This document shows positions 34,001-46,300 of a DNA stretch of 64,000 nt, piece after piece (the stretch's first letter is position 1; every line of letters starts with the position of its first letter). The notes under the pieces were generated by a model, which was given only the letters and a program-made list of their open reading frames with translations, had not been told where the DNA came from and did not search any database. The stretch comes from Guillardia theta CCMP2712. Lineage: Eukaryota > Protista > Cryptophyta. The translations under genes were made by a program, and so were the position numbers. The stretch spans positions 90,016-154,015 of the forward strand of contig NW_005434581.1 of the NCBI RefSeq assembly GCF_000315625.1, written 5' to 3'.

Positions 34001-36018
34001 TTGACGGTGAGGAAGAGACTAGGTGGAGGGGGAAGAGGAGGCCTTGAAGAGTGGAGAAGAGTGGGGAGAGGTGTCAGAGGAGGAGGGGGATTGAGGAGGA
34101 AGAGAGAAGATGAGGGAGGGGGTTGCAGAGAGCAGAGGAGGAAGAGGAGAGAGGAGGCTGACCGTCGTTTAGGATATTGACAAGCTCGCGCTTATCACCG
34201 CGTCACTCTGCCATGACGTCGACCACCCTGGGGTAAGCGAGACCTTCTGAGGAGGAGCTGTGAAAGGAAGGGAGGGGAGGACGATGAAAAAGAGGAGAAA
34301 TTATGTGCTTATCGGATGAGCAGGTAACCAACGACCTACTCGTCAAGACGGAGTCTGACCTCGCGCTCCTCTATAACGACTGCAGGTGAATTTACTTCCT
34401 CTTTCTCTGCCTCCTATCCCTCTTCCTGATTCTACCGGCTCCTCGTCGTTTTTACTCTTGATTGACTGCACGTCCTGCTGCGCTTCTCCCTCCTGTCTTA
34501 CTGTACTTCTTCCTTCCGCTTCACTTCGCCTCCTCCTCCTCCTCCTCCTCCTCCTCCTCCTCCTCCTCCTCCTCCTCCTCCTCCTCCTCCTCCTCCTCCT
34601 CCTCCTCCTCCTCCTCCTCTCGCTCTCCTGACCATTTTCTCCTCCTCGTTGCCATGCTAACTTACATACCTCTTTTCTTTCAGCGTGCTTGAGAATCACC
34701 ATTGTACCACCACCTTCAAGGTTCCCTATCGATGCCATCTCCATCCTTCCTTCCTCTCTGTCCTCTCCGTGTCCTGGTCCTCCCCGTCTTGCGATGCCCC
34801 CTCCTCCTCCTCCTCCTTCTCCTCCTCCTCCTCAGGTCTGCAAGTGATCTCAGTCTGGCAGATCCTTCGGCGACCTCAAAGTAACATCCTTGCCAGCCTC
34901 GACAAGGAAGACTTTGCGCAGGTGAAAAAGAGAATGAGGATGGAGGATGGGGCGCGGGATACGGTCAGGAACTAAAGAGAAGAACGAGAAAGCATTAGCG
35001 TAAGGATGAGGAGGAAGAGGAAAGGGAGAGAAAATGGATGAGGAGGAAGGTATGGTGGAGGGAAGGTGGTCTGATCGAATTTTCACAGGTGCGAAAGGCA
35101 ATCATCACAGCGATTCTAGCAACGGACATGAAAAAGTCTCCCTCCCCTCCCCTCCTCTTCTGCCTTTCCTCTCCATTCTCCCCCTCCCTTCCTCAGCTTT
35201 CAACAGCATTAATGACTCCTGCAGGCACGTCGAGCTCTGCGGGAGGATGAGGATGATAGTGGAAGGGAAGAATACCGATGGTGAGGAGACGGAGGCATGG
35301 AGGAGGGGAGAGAGGAGACGATTGTAAGTTAACAAGCTGCTGGTACTTAAGGACAACTCCCTTTGGACGTGGACAACGAAGATGATAGAATGGTAGCGTC
35401 CTGCAGCCTTCACTCCTCTTCTCCCCTCTCCCCTCCTCCCGCATCTCCTTCTCTTGATCGATCCTTTCTTACACTCCACAGAAACTGATGGAGATCGTTT
35501 TGCACGCCTGCGATTTGAGGTTTGCTAGCCCTACTCTTTCGTTCCCCTTCCTTCTCATCTACTACTTGTCCTCTCGTCCGTTCTTCTCCAATCCTCCTCT
35601 TTCCGCCATCGCCCTCCCTCCCCCCCCTCTCTTCTCCTCGCTGCTTCTGCCCCCAGTGCTCTTCGTCTGTGAGAGGAAACAGTGCTCAGGCGCAGAACCA
35701 TGGCTTGGCGGAAGCTTGGGGGAATCGTGTGCTGCAAGAATTTCAAGAACAGGCAAGAAAGAAATACAGAGAGGAGGAGCAAGGAGAGGAGAGAGTAGGA
35801 GGAGGAAGAAGTAGGGGAAGATAAGGAGAGGGAGAAGTGGGAGAAGTGGATATGGCTGAGTCTGACGGCATCTCAGGCGGCGAGCGAGGAGGCAGCAGGG
35901 GTGGCGGTCACGCCCTTTATGCAGGAGCTCGATGTGCCATTCAACCGAGCTAAGACACAGCAGAACTTCGTGGGATATGTGGTGAGGGAGAGGCGGATAA
36001 GATTTGAGGAGGAGCAGG

Positions 36019-36055
<37 letters not shown>

Positions 36056-36409
36056 AGTGGAGGTGGAGGTGGAGGAGGGTGAAGGGGGAGAAGGAAGGGA
36101 GAGGGAAGGGGAGAGGAGGGAGGAGACGAAGAGTATGAGACAACTTCAGGTGATGCCCCTCTGGGAGTCGTTTGCGGAGATGTTCCCTCAGATGGTGAGG
36201 AGGTGGTGGGGCAGAGGGAGACGCTGACGGCAAGAGCAGGAGGTCGCGTATAAAAACAGCAAGAAGAACTTCGATCGCTACAAGTACGCTCGTTTCCTGC
36301 TACACTCCCATCTGCTCTTTGAGACGCTTCCCTCCCTTTCTCTTCTCTCGCTTCTCTCATAACACTGGACAGGTCGGAAGTGCAGCGCTTGCAGGAGAAG
36401 GAAGCTTGA
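31086..36409 (+). CDS. GAF-domain class I 3',5'-cyclic nucleotide phosphodiesterase; >20 exons, 5' end uncertain
   Basis: GAF: LRIPNNKGVAGM|VART..INIPD..FDPAADQMTG|FVTKTMICVPI..IGVFQALNK..FTEYD. PDE: YNHCPFHNFRHAFAV, LCHDVDHPG|VTNDYL, LALLYND|SVLENHH, ILATDM, LHACDL|SA, EFQEQ, KTQQNF. Stop at 36407-36409. Confidence 0.93.
34529..34620. repeat. (CCT)n microsatellite in a PDE intron
   Basis: Direct observation. Confidence 0.95.
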
Positions 36410-36528
36410 GGACCGACACGGAGGAGACGGCGAGCGACACGGAAGGGAGAGCACTGGGATGGCCTCAGGCACAAGGGAGGATTAGCAGCGGAGGGAAGGG
36501 AGGAGGGAGGAGGGAGAATGCTGCTTTT

Positions 36529-37902
36529 CTAGTGTTCAGAAACTTCCTTGGCGAACGTCATCTTTTGCACGAGGTCCTCGAATATGTCGTATGTCATCAC
36601 CTGCTCAGGAGTGAGAGGCCCCACAGCTCCTCCTCCTCTCCTCTCCCCACAGCTCCTCCTCCCCTCCTCTCCCCACAGCTCCTCCTCTCCTCTCCCCATA
36701 GCTCCTCCTCTCCTCTCCCCATAGCTCCTTCCCTCCTCTTCCCACAGCTCCTCCTCTCCTCACATGATGTGAGCCCATCATCTTCTTCACTTCCTGCTTC
36801 GTCGTCTGCACCCCGATGCTCAACCTGCACCACGTGAGCTGACCAACGGGGGAGCCTCCTCCCCTCACAGCGCATGGTACAGCTCCTCCTCGTCGATGCT
36901 CCCGTTCTTGTCGTTGTCGAAGTTGTCGAACACTGACCGTACTCGCTCTGTGCGCTGGTCAGGAACAAGGAGCAGCGATCGTGAGGAGAGGAAGGGGAAG
37001 AGCTGGTACGAGACGGAGAGGGTGGGGATGGGACGGAGTACACACCTGCGAAGTTCTGGACTGTCAGACCGTCCCCGAGCTCACCCAGCAGCGCTCCTCT
37101 AGCTTTCTTCCAGTGCTGCAGCTCGTGCGTCATGTGCTCCATCTCTTTGCCTCTTTCCCATCCCAGCCAGGATCGGATCGCCACCACCAAGATCAGCTTC
37201 ACCATGTCCACCTCTCCGAACACCGTCTCGATCACGTCCGCTCCCACCATGAAGTCCATCCCAAGCATGATGCCCCGGCTGAGCTGCATGCGGCATGTCA
37301 AGATGCTCTCCTGCGCGGTGGCGCTGAGGGAGTGGAGGAAGAAGCCGGGGAGAATGTCGCGGATCACTGGGATGATGACGCCCATGGTCGAGAAGACCAT
37401 GATGGCGACGCCGATGATGTTCAGCAGGTCGACAACAACATGGAAGATGGGTATGCTGTAGGCTGAGAGGCTCATGTGATGGTGATGGTGATGTCCTCCG
37501 TGGTGAGCATGCGACGAGCTCATGACTCCGCCATTGTGCGAGGGAGCGCTACAGGAGTTGGAGCTTCGCTGCATCTCGTTACGCAGCTGCTCGACTTGGC
37601 TGAGGACATCTACCATCATCTGTTGAAGCTTGCCTGCCAGAAACGTGGTGAAAACATGTCAGCACTGGGTCGGCGTACAGAGAAATGGACCTGAACATGT
37701 CATGAACATGATGGAAAAGTGCGGTAGGTGAGTGGGAAGAGATGCCCTGTCAACCAGAGCAGTCAGACACTGTTGTGGTGTAAATGAGACATCGCCGGAG
37801 CAAGATGCTTCAGAGCACAAGCTCAAACCCTCCTCCCTGATTCGCACTGCTTCCTTTGCTGATCCGGCTGTTCACACCTCCCCTGTTCATCTCCTGCGCC
37901 AT
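36529..37902 (-). CDS. DUF1622-family membrane protein fused to EF-hand(s), with a His-rich N-terminal segment
   Basis: DUF1622-like RMQLSRGIMLGMDFMVGADVIETV...LILVVAIRSWLGWERGKEM. Canonical EF loop FDNDKNGSIDEEEL in the next exon, and HAHHGGHHHHHH upstream. Last exon QVMTYDIFEDLVQKM...EH*. 5' exons (upstream of 37640) are tentative. Confidence 0.75.
36619..36762. repeat. ~23-bp minisatellite (ccccacagctcctcctctcctct) in an intron of the DUF1622-EF gene
   Basis: About six imperfect tandem copies. Confidence 0.85.
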
Positions 37903-38541
37903 GTCGTCTAATCGCCTCTGCTACGAGCTGATGCTTCTTCCTCACCATCGACCCTCCTTGTCTTATGAAGTCTCGCCATCCCTTGCGCCTCCTCCCCCCT
38001 CCCTCCCTCCCTCCCTCCCCCGTCCCTCCCCCGTCGCATCTCTTATCCTGCATGAGCAGGTCCCTTTCTTGTGTGGACCTAGACCACCCCTCCACCCCCA
38101 GTATCTCGGTTGTTAACCTCACCCAAAATCTTTCTACTACCCTACCCCCTAAAAAAACAATAATCAAAAGAAGTCAGATGATCTTTCAAAAATATCCAAT
38201 TTTCCTCGAATCAAAAACCCCTATCCCCTTACCTTAGCCATGATAGACCATCCTCAACCCCCTTCTTCAAAATCACTACCCCTCCGGTAAAAAGTGGAAC
38301 ACAGATTGTCCACCCTCACCCCTCAATTTCGATACCCCACCATCAGAGTAACCACCACCCCCTTCGATCCACAATGTTGGTGGAAATCACTTTACTACCC
38401 CAAATTAATCAGCTGATATGGGGGGTACTGAAGTCAACATGAAACATACCACCCCTACCCCCGGGGGAGAAGAAGCGACCCCTTGATTGGATCCCGACAA
38501 AGTGAAGATGGGACATGGAGTAGGAACGAGACCGAAGAAAT

Positions 38542-38694
38542 GGAGGAGGAGGAGGAGGAGGAGGAGGAGGAGGAGGAGGAGGAGGAGGAGGAGGAGGAGG
38601 AGGAGGAGGAGGAGGAGGAGGAGGAGGAGGAGGAGGAGGAGGAGGAGGAGGAGGAGGAAGAGGAGGAGGAGGAGGAGGAGGAGGAGGAGGAGGA
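38542..38694. repeat. (GGA)n microsatellite, continuing after the N-gap to ~38854
   Basis: Direct observation. Confidence 0.95.
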
Positions 38695-39639
38695 NNNNNN
38701 NNNNNNNNNNNNNNNNNNNNNNNNNNNNNNNNNNNNNNNNNNNNNNNNNNNNNNNNNNNNNNNNNNNNNNNNNNNNNNNNNNNNNNNNNNNNNNCATTAC
38801 GCTTACTCTCTAGATGTTAGGAGGAGGAGGAGGAGGAGGAGGAGGAGGAGGAGGTGCGTGAGAAGAAGCAGTGAGAACTGAGCAGTTGCTAGGAGAAGAA
38901 GCTATCAAGGATTAAGAGCATGAGAAGGAGCTACGGCAGGATCTAGGCGAAAAGAAGTAGACACAATAGACATGATTCCTTCCATAAAGGCGATGGAGAT
39001 GGTACAGTAGTCGATCACAATGGGCAAGAGAAGTCGTGAGTGTCTTGAAGGCATCAATATTCCTCTTCAGCTCGTCCTAGTACATGGAAAGCCCTCCTCC
39101 CCCCCTCCCCTCTTCATTATCTGTGTCGGAACCATGATAGAAACGAGAAGGTCGGATTGCAGTACTTAGGTGGATCAGAACATGCTGATGGTAGTCGCTG
39201 TTTTCAACTTGATGAAATCGCCCCATGTCTGCAAGACCCGATGGGTCGAAGATGAGCATGCTGCGAAGGAGAGACAAGACGTCATAGTATGCGCACGTTG
39301 CGGGAGAAGTAGGCAGCTGGGCTCGGAAGGAAGGGCCGGGTTGAGGGCAGCAGCTGAATCAGCCACTCAGTCAGCTCAAAGGGATGAGGCTGGAGGAAGG
39401 AATGAGAAGAGCAGGCAGGGAGGGAGACGGATGTGAGGAGGAACAGGAAGGGCAGAGTTGGCGGACAGTGAGGGCAGTCCGACAGCAAGATCGAGCAAGG
39501 GGAGGGTCGCGGTTGCTCACAGTATGTAGCGCCGGCTGAAGTAGCGCCGGCGATGAGAGTAGGAAGGAGCCTGCCGCGTGCGATCGATGTGGGGGAAGGA
39601 GGAAGATGAAGTTTCAGTTCTCTTGAGAGCTACGTGTTA

Positions 39640-40160
39640 CACGTGCCCAAGTCCGATCCGATGATCCGCAGTACTAGAACTGCTCACTATGGTAATAAAG
39701 TAGGCTTCAGAGGACCTGATTCACATGACACGCGACTGATTCGGAATGTTTCCGATCATCGAGTGTTGTACGGTAAATCCTGCCAATCATTCGAACTCGG
39801 AACCAAATTTCCGACCGGCGGAATTCAACAGTTCTCACTCAGCCAGTGCACGCCGGCCCGGGCCGGCCCGCACCCCCGGCGCGGCAGGATAAGGGTTCAT
39901 TGTCCTCGTACTGATTTTTCACTTAACTTTGAGTAAGGGTTCACCGTCACGGTGCCACCTCTACTCTCCTGATTGATCGAAGGCCGCACATCGGGGACTT
40001 CTCAGTTTTGATCTCTTGAGGGGAACCGGCTCGGGCCGCCGCCGGGCCGGGCGGAGGGGGGAGGGGGGGCGGCAGGGCGGCGGTGGCCCGGCAGCACTAT
40101 AACTAGAGCCAGCCGGGCCCTAGTTACAGGGCGGTTATACGGTTACTAACAGTTAGCGGG
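39640..40160. promoter_or_regulatory. CCGG-rich island upstream of the dynein gene
   Basis: cgccggcccgggccggccc and gggccgccgccgggccggg runs immediately 5' of the dynein start. Confidence 0.45.
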
Positions 40161-40343
40161 TAGGGTTTGGGCGCTATGGAAGAGAGAAGATTGCGGGTCA
40201 TGGCGTCGGAGAGGAGGAGGGAGGAGGAGGCGAAGGATAGAGAGAAGAAAGCGAGAAGGAAGTAGCTGATAGGTAAGGATGGGAGATACTGAGCCTCGCG
40301 CTTGAGTCACACACAGCTGCTCAGGTAGGAGAAGAAATTAACG

Positions 40344-43300
40344 ATGCTCAACGGGATGGCTCCAAGAAGGCTTGAGTCGACGAGGAGTATCAGAAGCATA
40401 CGAAGCAAGGATGGGAAGGGGCGGCAGAAGGAAGCATACACCCTGGGAGCCATCCTCTCTCACCTGAGAACAAGGATCTTGTCACTGGTGGGGGAGGAAA
40501 GCGTGCATGAAGTGGACGAGATGCTAAACAAGGAGAAGGTGATGAAAGAAGTCGAAGAGTTTGCGAGGGAGGGAGGCAAGTCGAAGCTTGTGTTCTTCTT
40601 GCAAGCAGACAGTCAAGAGGCCGAGGATGGCGCTGCTGCCAAGCCAAGGATCTTCCTTGTAGACCCACAAGAGAGTGTTCTCGTGGACAGGTGTATTTTC
40701 TTCTTGAAGCGCAAGTCGGACAGCATCAACGCAGACACTTTCGAAGAAGATGTCATGGTCGGAGACTTCTGCACCCCATTGCTTGACAGCATCTCCCTCC
40801 TCCTCTCCGAGGTTCACAGCCCGATTCTGCACGAGAAGAGCTACGACTGGAAGGGGATCGGAAAGGAGACGGTGTACACGTGCCTGAGCTGCGTCGACCA
40901 GCTCATGAACCAGGTGAACGAGGAGATGAGCACCATGTACGGGGGGGTGAGCCTCGAGCCGGTGGAGGATTGGATCATGGAGGACCCCCGGGCCGCCGAG
41001 GGCTTGTACAACAAGATGGCGCTGGACGACGAGGTGTTGGGGTACATGGAGCTGGTTCTGGAGCAGTGGTGCATTCAGGTACACACGGTCTTGCACGAGA
41101 ACGAGATCAACCGAGTGATGTCGCTCGGCCCGCGATCAGAAACAACATGGTGGCGCAAAAGATCCACAAAGTTGTTCAAGATCATGGAGCAGCTCAAGGG
41201 TAGCCAGGCGAAGCTTGTGCTGGGGGTGTGCACGGCAGCCAAGTCCAAGGGTGTGAAGCGTTGGAGACAACTGGATGAACAGATGACAGATGCAATGAAT
41301 GATGCAAAAGACAACGTCCGGTTGCTCTCAGACATTGATCTCTTGCTGGAACCCTTCTACTCTGGCGATCTATCGCAGGTGAAGCTAGCTCTGCCGGATC
41401 TGTTTGCAAGGCTGAAGATGATATGCTCTGTGTCGAAGTACTACAACACTCGGAGACGAAGCACTCGTCTGTTGTTCAAGGTCGGACATCAACTGATACA
41501 GATATCTCGTAAAACTCTGCATGATGGAGGGAAGATTCTCGAGCTTGAACCTGACAAGGCGTTGGAGAGTGTGAGAACAGCCTTAGAGCTCTGCAGACGG
41601 TATGAAGAACATGTCGGCAACCTCCGGGAAAGACTGCTCTCGCAGAAAGGAAAGAGTTTGAACATCAAGAATGAAGATGTAATGGAAGAAGTAGCTCAGT
41701 TCATCACACGGCTCGAGGCGGTCGAGGTGATCCTGGAGACTATCCATCAGTTTTCAACGCTTAAACGAGCCCCGATAGACGGACTCGATGTGATCAAGCT
41801 GGCATTTGACGAAGTGCTAGCCCTGTTAAGATCCAAACCTTACGACATCCTTGATCACTCAGTGACCAAGTTTGAAGAAGACTTCCACGAATTTCAAGAA
41901 AGAATATCAGCCATCGAAGTCTCAATACGTGACTTCATAGAAGTTTCCTTCGATGAAATCCCCAGCATCGAATCTGCTCTGGACCTGCTCTCCAAGCTTG
42001 AATCGATCCTACAACGGGACTCATTCAAGGTGCACCTCGAAGACAAGTACAACCTGATCTTCTACCATTACGGTCAGAAGCTGGAGAGCATTCAAGAGAT
42101 GTACGACAAACTGAAATCGAATCCTCCCCACCTAAGGAATGTTCCGACTGTTCCCGGCAACGTCCTGTGGGTGCGACATCTGCTGTACATGGTGGAGGAT
42201 CCAATGAAAAGGTTCAAATGCAGTAAAGTCATCATGACGGCACCAGAGTCGAAGAAGATCATCCGCTTGTTCAACCGGGTCGCCAAGACTCTCATCGAGT
42301 ACGAGACTCTCTGGCTGCAAGCTTGGTTCAAGTCCATCGAGCAGTCCAAGATTGGTCTGCAAGCCACCTTGCTTGTTCAGCACCCTGTCGACTCTCGACT
42401 TTGCGTCAACTTCGACCCAGCAGTCACCCAGCTGATCCGAGAAGGTAAAATCTTACGTCGTCTCGGGATCAAGTTGCCCACCTCAGCTCTCAATATTCTC
42501 CAGCAGGAGTCCAAGTTCAAGAGCTACTACGACAGCCTTAACAACTTCCTCAGCGAATATTACAAGTTCCTCAACCGCATCCCCAAGAGCGTCCAGCCGC
42601 TGCTGGAGTCTCACCTGCAGGAGATGGAGCTGGTGATCCGACCGGGCCTCGTCTCTCTGACTTGGCAGTCGATGAACATCGACGGTTACCTCGTCCGCAT
42701 GCACAGCTTGCTGCTCAAGCTGAGTGTCCTCTTGCAAGGAGTTTCAGACGTGTTGGACCTCCGTGTCGCCAAGAACCTCAGTTTCATCCGAAACATGTCT
42801 CTCATTCGCTTTCCTGAAGAAGGCAAATTTTCTATCGACGAGTTCATAACGTTGCAGAAGCAAGAGCTGCAGAAGTATGCAAGCTTTCTACAGGGGAAAC
42901 GGTCAGAGGTGCTAGAGAGCCTGCATGAAGTCATAGACAAGATCAGACATTTCTCATCTGAGTTTGGCAACGAGTGGACCATTCTTCCGGATCGCATAGA
43001 AGATTTCATGCAGTTTCACTGTAACTCATTCTATCACTCAATCTTGTGTTCTGTTCGAAGATCTTTCAACGATATCAAGAGGCGACTGGGGTCGAGGGTG
43101 CATGCGTCATTCCTGTTTCTAGAGAGACCTTTCTTCAACCTCGATGTTGAGCTCTCCATTCCCAGCATCGTCGCTCAACCTTCACTCAGTATAGTTCAAG
43201 ATGCGATCAATGAAACCGGGAGGTTGGTTCTACGAGCTACCAAGTCGTTGAAAGTGATTGCGAGCTCCTCGAGCAACAACAAGAGTGAGACTTACTATGA

Positions 43301-46300
43301 TAGAATAGCAGCAGATCGCGTCATCGTGCAATCGGTATTGCTCCTTGCTGGCAGCGTGGAGGGATCGAGGAGGACTGTGTTGGAGTACCTGCAGGGCTTT
43401 CAACGATTTCAGTTCCTGTGGGTGGAGGACAAGCTCGCTGCCTACTCGAGTTTCGTCAAGTCGAAGCCAGACCTCTTCCACTATGAGGAACAGTTCATGA
43501 AGTTCTCGCGAATAGAAGCCGACATCAAGGCCATCGCTCCCATGCACAACATCGGCTGCATCAGCCTCCGCACCCAATCCCTCAAGTACTCTCTCATCGC
43601 CGAGACCTTGGCGTGGAAGTCCATGTTTGCCAGGAAGCTGCACGCCAAGGCCAAGGAGGAGATGGACTCGCTGGTATCCTTCATTAACACCAACGTGGAA
43701 TGGCTCAGCAAGGAAGTCTCGACCATCGAAGACGTCGGCATGTCCCTGCAGTGGCTCCGCGATCTTCAAAGCAAAGAGAGTGACATCGAACAACAGATCG
43801 TTCCAATCGAGAACATGTACAATATCTTAACCAAGCACGAAGTCAGGATACCCAAGGAAGAGGCAGAGACTTTGATGAATTTGAGAAAGATGTGGGATAG
43901 AGCCATTGAAATGGGCCATGAAAGAAGCTCCAGGTTGTCAAGCTTACAAGCAGGCTTCCGTCGAGAAATAGTCAAGTCTGTGAAATCGTTTTCTCTCGAA
44001 GTGATTCAGTTCTGCAATGATTACGATATGAACGGGCCGATGCTCGCAGGCCTAGCAAATGCAGAGGCCATGGAGCGTTTAAAGAAGTATCAGGTGTTGT
44101 ACAGCGAGAAGGAGGCGAGGATGAGGTCCTTGCAAGAGAGGGAGGAGATGTTTGGGTTGAACGTGACGTTCTACAAGGATCTTGACAGAGTGCGGCAAGA
44201 GATCGAGCTCTTCAACTCTCTTTACACCTTGAACGCGAGGGTCGAGGAGCACATCTCCCACTTCTCCGAGAGCCTCTGGAACGAGGTGCAGGGTCAGATC
44301 CCCTTTCTCGAGTCTTCGCTCGAGAGCTTCGCGCACGAGCTCGAGAGCCTCCCGGCCATCCTCCGCGACTGGTCCGCGTACAAGAGCCTCAGGTCGACCA
44401 TTCGTGACACCCTGGCGGCCGTTCCCGTCCTTTCCCTCCTTAGCCATCGGGCCATCCAGAGGCGGCATTGGGTACAGATCATGAACACAGGGGGACAGCA
44501 GGTGCTGCTTGCTCACTTGTGGGCTGACGACTCACTGACGGAGCCTCGCAGGTCAGCCTGTGGAACCTAGACCCGGGCTCGATGAAGCTGAAGCAGATAC
44601 TGAACCTAAACTTGACTTCCATCCAGGGAGACATCGACGACATTTGTGAGAGCGCGAAGAAGGAGCAGGAGATGGAGGACAAGGTCTCGTCGCTGAGCGA
44701 GCAGTGGAATGACAGGCAGCTCCTGTTCTCCGACTACAACGGGGGAAAGTCCTCGATCCTCGACCCTCACGGGATAACCGAGCTGATGGAGACTCTCGAC
44801 GTGTCCATCAACGACCTGCTGGCTATCTCCGGCTCCAAGACGGCTGAGGCGATCTCGGAAGACATCGAGACATGGCTAGCGAAGCTGTCGGAGGTATCGG
44901 AGGTGATGGAGATGTGGAACCACGCGCAGTCCATGTGGATTCATATGGAGCCCATCTTCTCCGACGGGAACATCTCCTTGGAGCTGCCCAATGATGCGAA
45001 ACGATTCGCTAAGATCGATCTCAACTACTCGCGGCTCATGTCTAGGGCCCTTCACAACAGGAACGTGGTCAACTCCTGCACATCAGACCATCAGATCAAG
45101 AGCTTGCTGCCGCACCTGACGGAACAGCTCGAACAGTGCCAGAAGTCTCTCGTCAACTTTCTCGAGAGAAAGCGCGACGCTTTCCCGCGCTTCTTCTTTG
45201 TTTCCGACAATATCCTCCTCACGCTCTTGAGCGAACAAGAAAGCTCCTCATCTCTCGAGCAAAACCTGTCGACGATGTTCTGCGGCATCAGAGGGTTTGT
45301 GAGCGAGGGATCGGAGAGCGGGGGGAGGGAGATAACGGGGGTGATCTCAAGGAATGTTTCGGACGAGGAGAGCGTGCTGTTGTCAAACCCCGTCAGTCAC
45401 AACTCAAAGTTCGAGCTGCTGCTCCGAGACGTCTTGTCCGAGACGCAGGTCAGTCTGAGGCAGGCCGTCCACTCAGCCATCAAGAAGGGAGTTGCGTACG
45501 TCCTGTCTGACCTCCTCGACAACTTCCAGGATCAGGTCTGCACTCTAGCACTGCACGTTCACTGGACTCAGGACACGATACATGCCTTGTCTCGGGCTAA
45601 GACCGAGAAGAACCTGATGAACGCGGCCAACAAGCGGAACGTGAACAACGTCGTTGAGCTCACGAAGTTGCTCAACTCAAGCTTGACAAGCCTGCTGAGG
45701 GTGAAGGTCCAGAACCTCCTGCTGCTGCAGTTGTACCTCAAGACCTGCTTCGAAGAGATGTTCAACCTCAAGGTCTCGAGCCCCGACGACTTCTTGTTCC
45801 TCCGGCATGTGAACGTCTTCTTCATGTCCAGCGATGAAGCCCTGGACGTGAGCATCGCTGGGATCAGATTGAGGTACGGGAACGAATACCTGGGACTCAA
45901 CAACCGGGTGGTCGTGACGCCGACGACTGATCGATGCTTCGTCTCCTTCTGCCTCTGCCTCTCATCCCTCAGCTGCAATCACTTTGTGGGGGCAGCAGGA
46001 TCGGGGAAGAAGACCACCATCAGGGAGTTTGCTCGCTTCTGCGGGAGGTTCTTCGTCTTCTTCAACTGCAGCGAGCTAGTGGACATCAGCTACATGGAAA
46101 GGTGCTTCAAGGGCGTGCTCAAGAGCGGCTCCTACGGCTGTCTCTTGCACATCGACAAGACCCTGGCCAGTGTGCTCTCAGTCAGCTCCCAGTATCTCTT
46201 CGACTTCCTCCAAACTTTCAGGGCCCGGCAAGCCTTGTCCCTAGAGGACAGCCTTGCGGGAGCCAAGAAGCAACCTGATGCCGCCATGTTCTTCACGTCG

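Noticed and set aside
36619-36762. Regular ~23-bp repeats resembling a CRISPR array
   Set aside because: No unique spacers and no cas genes; this is an intronic minisatellite in a eukaryote.
38880-39600. Possible small minus-strand gene
   Set aside because: Some splice-like signals, but no consistent start or frame and no recognisable product.
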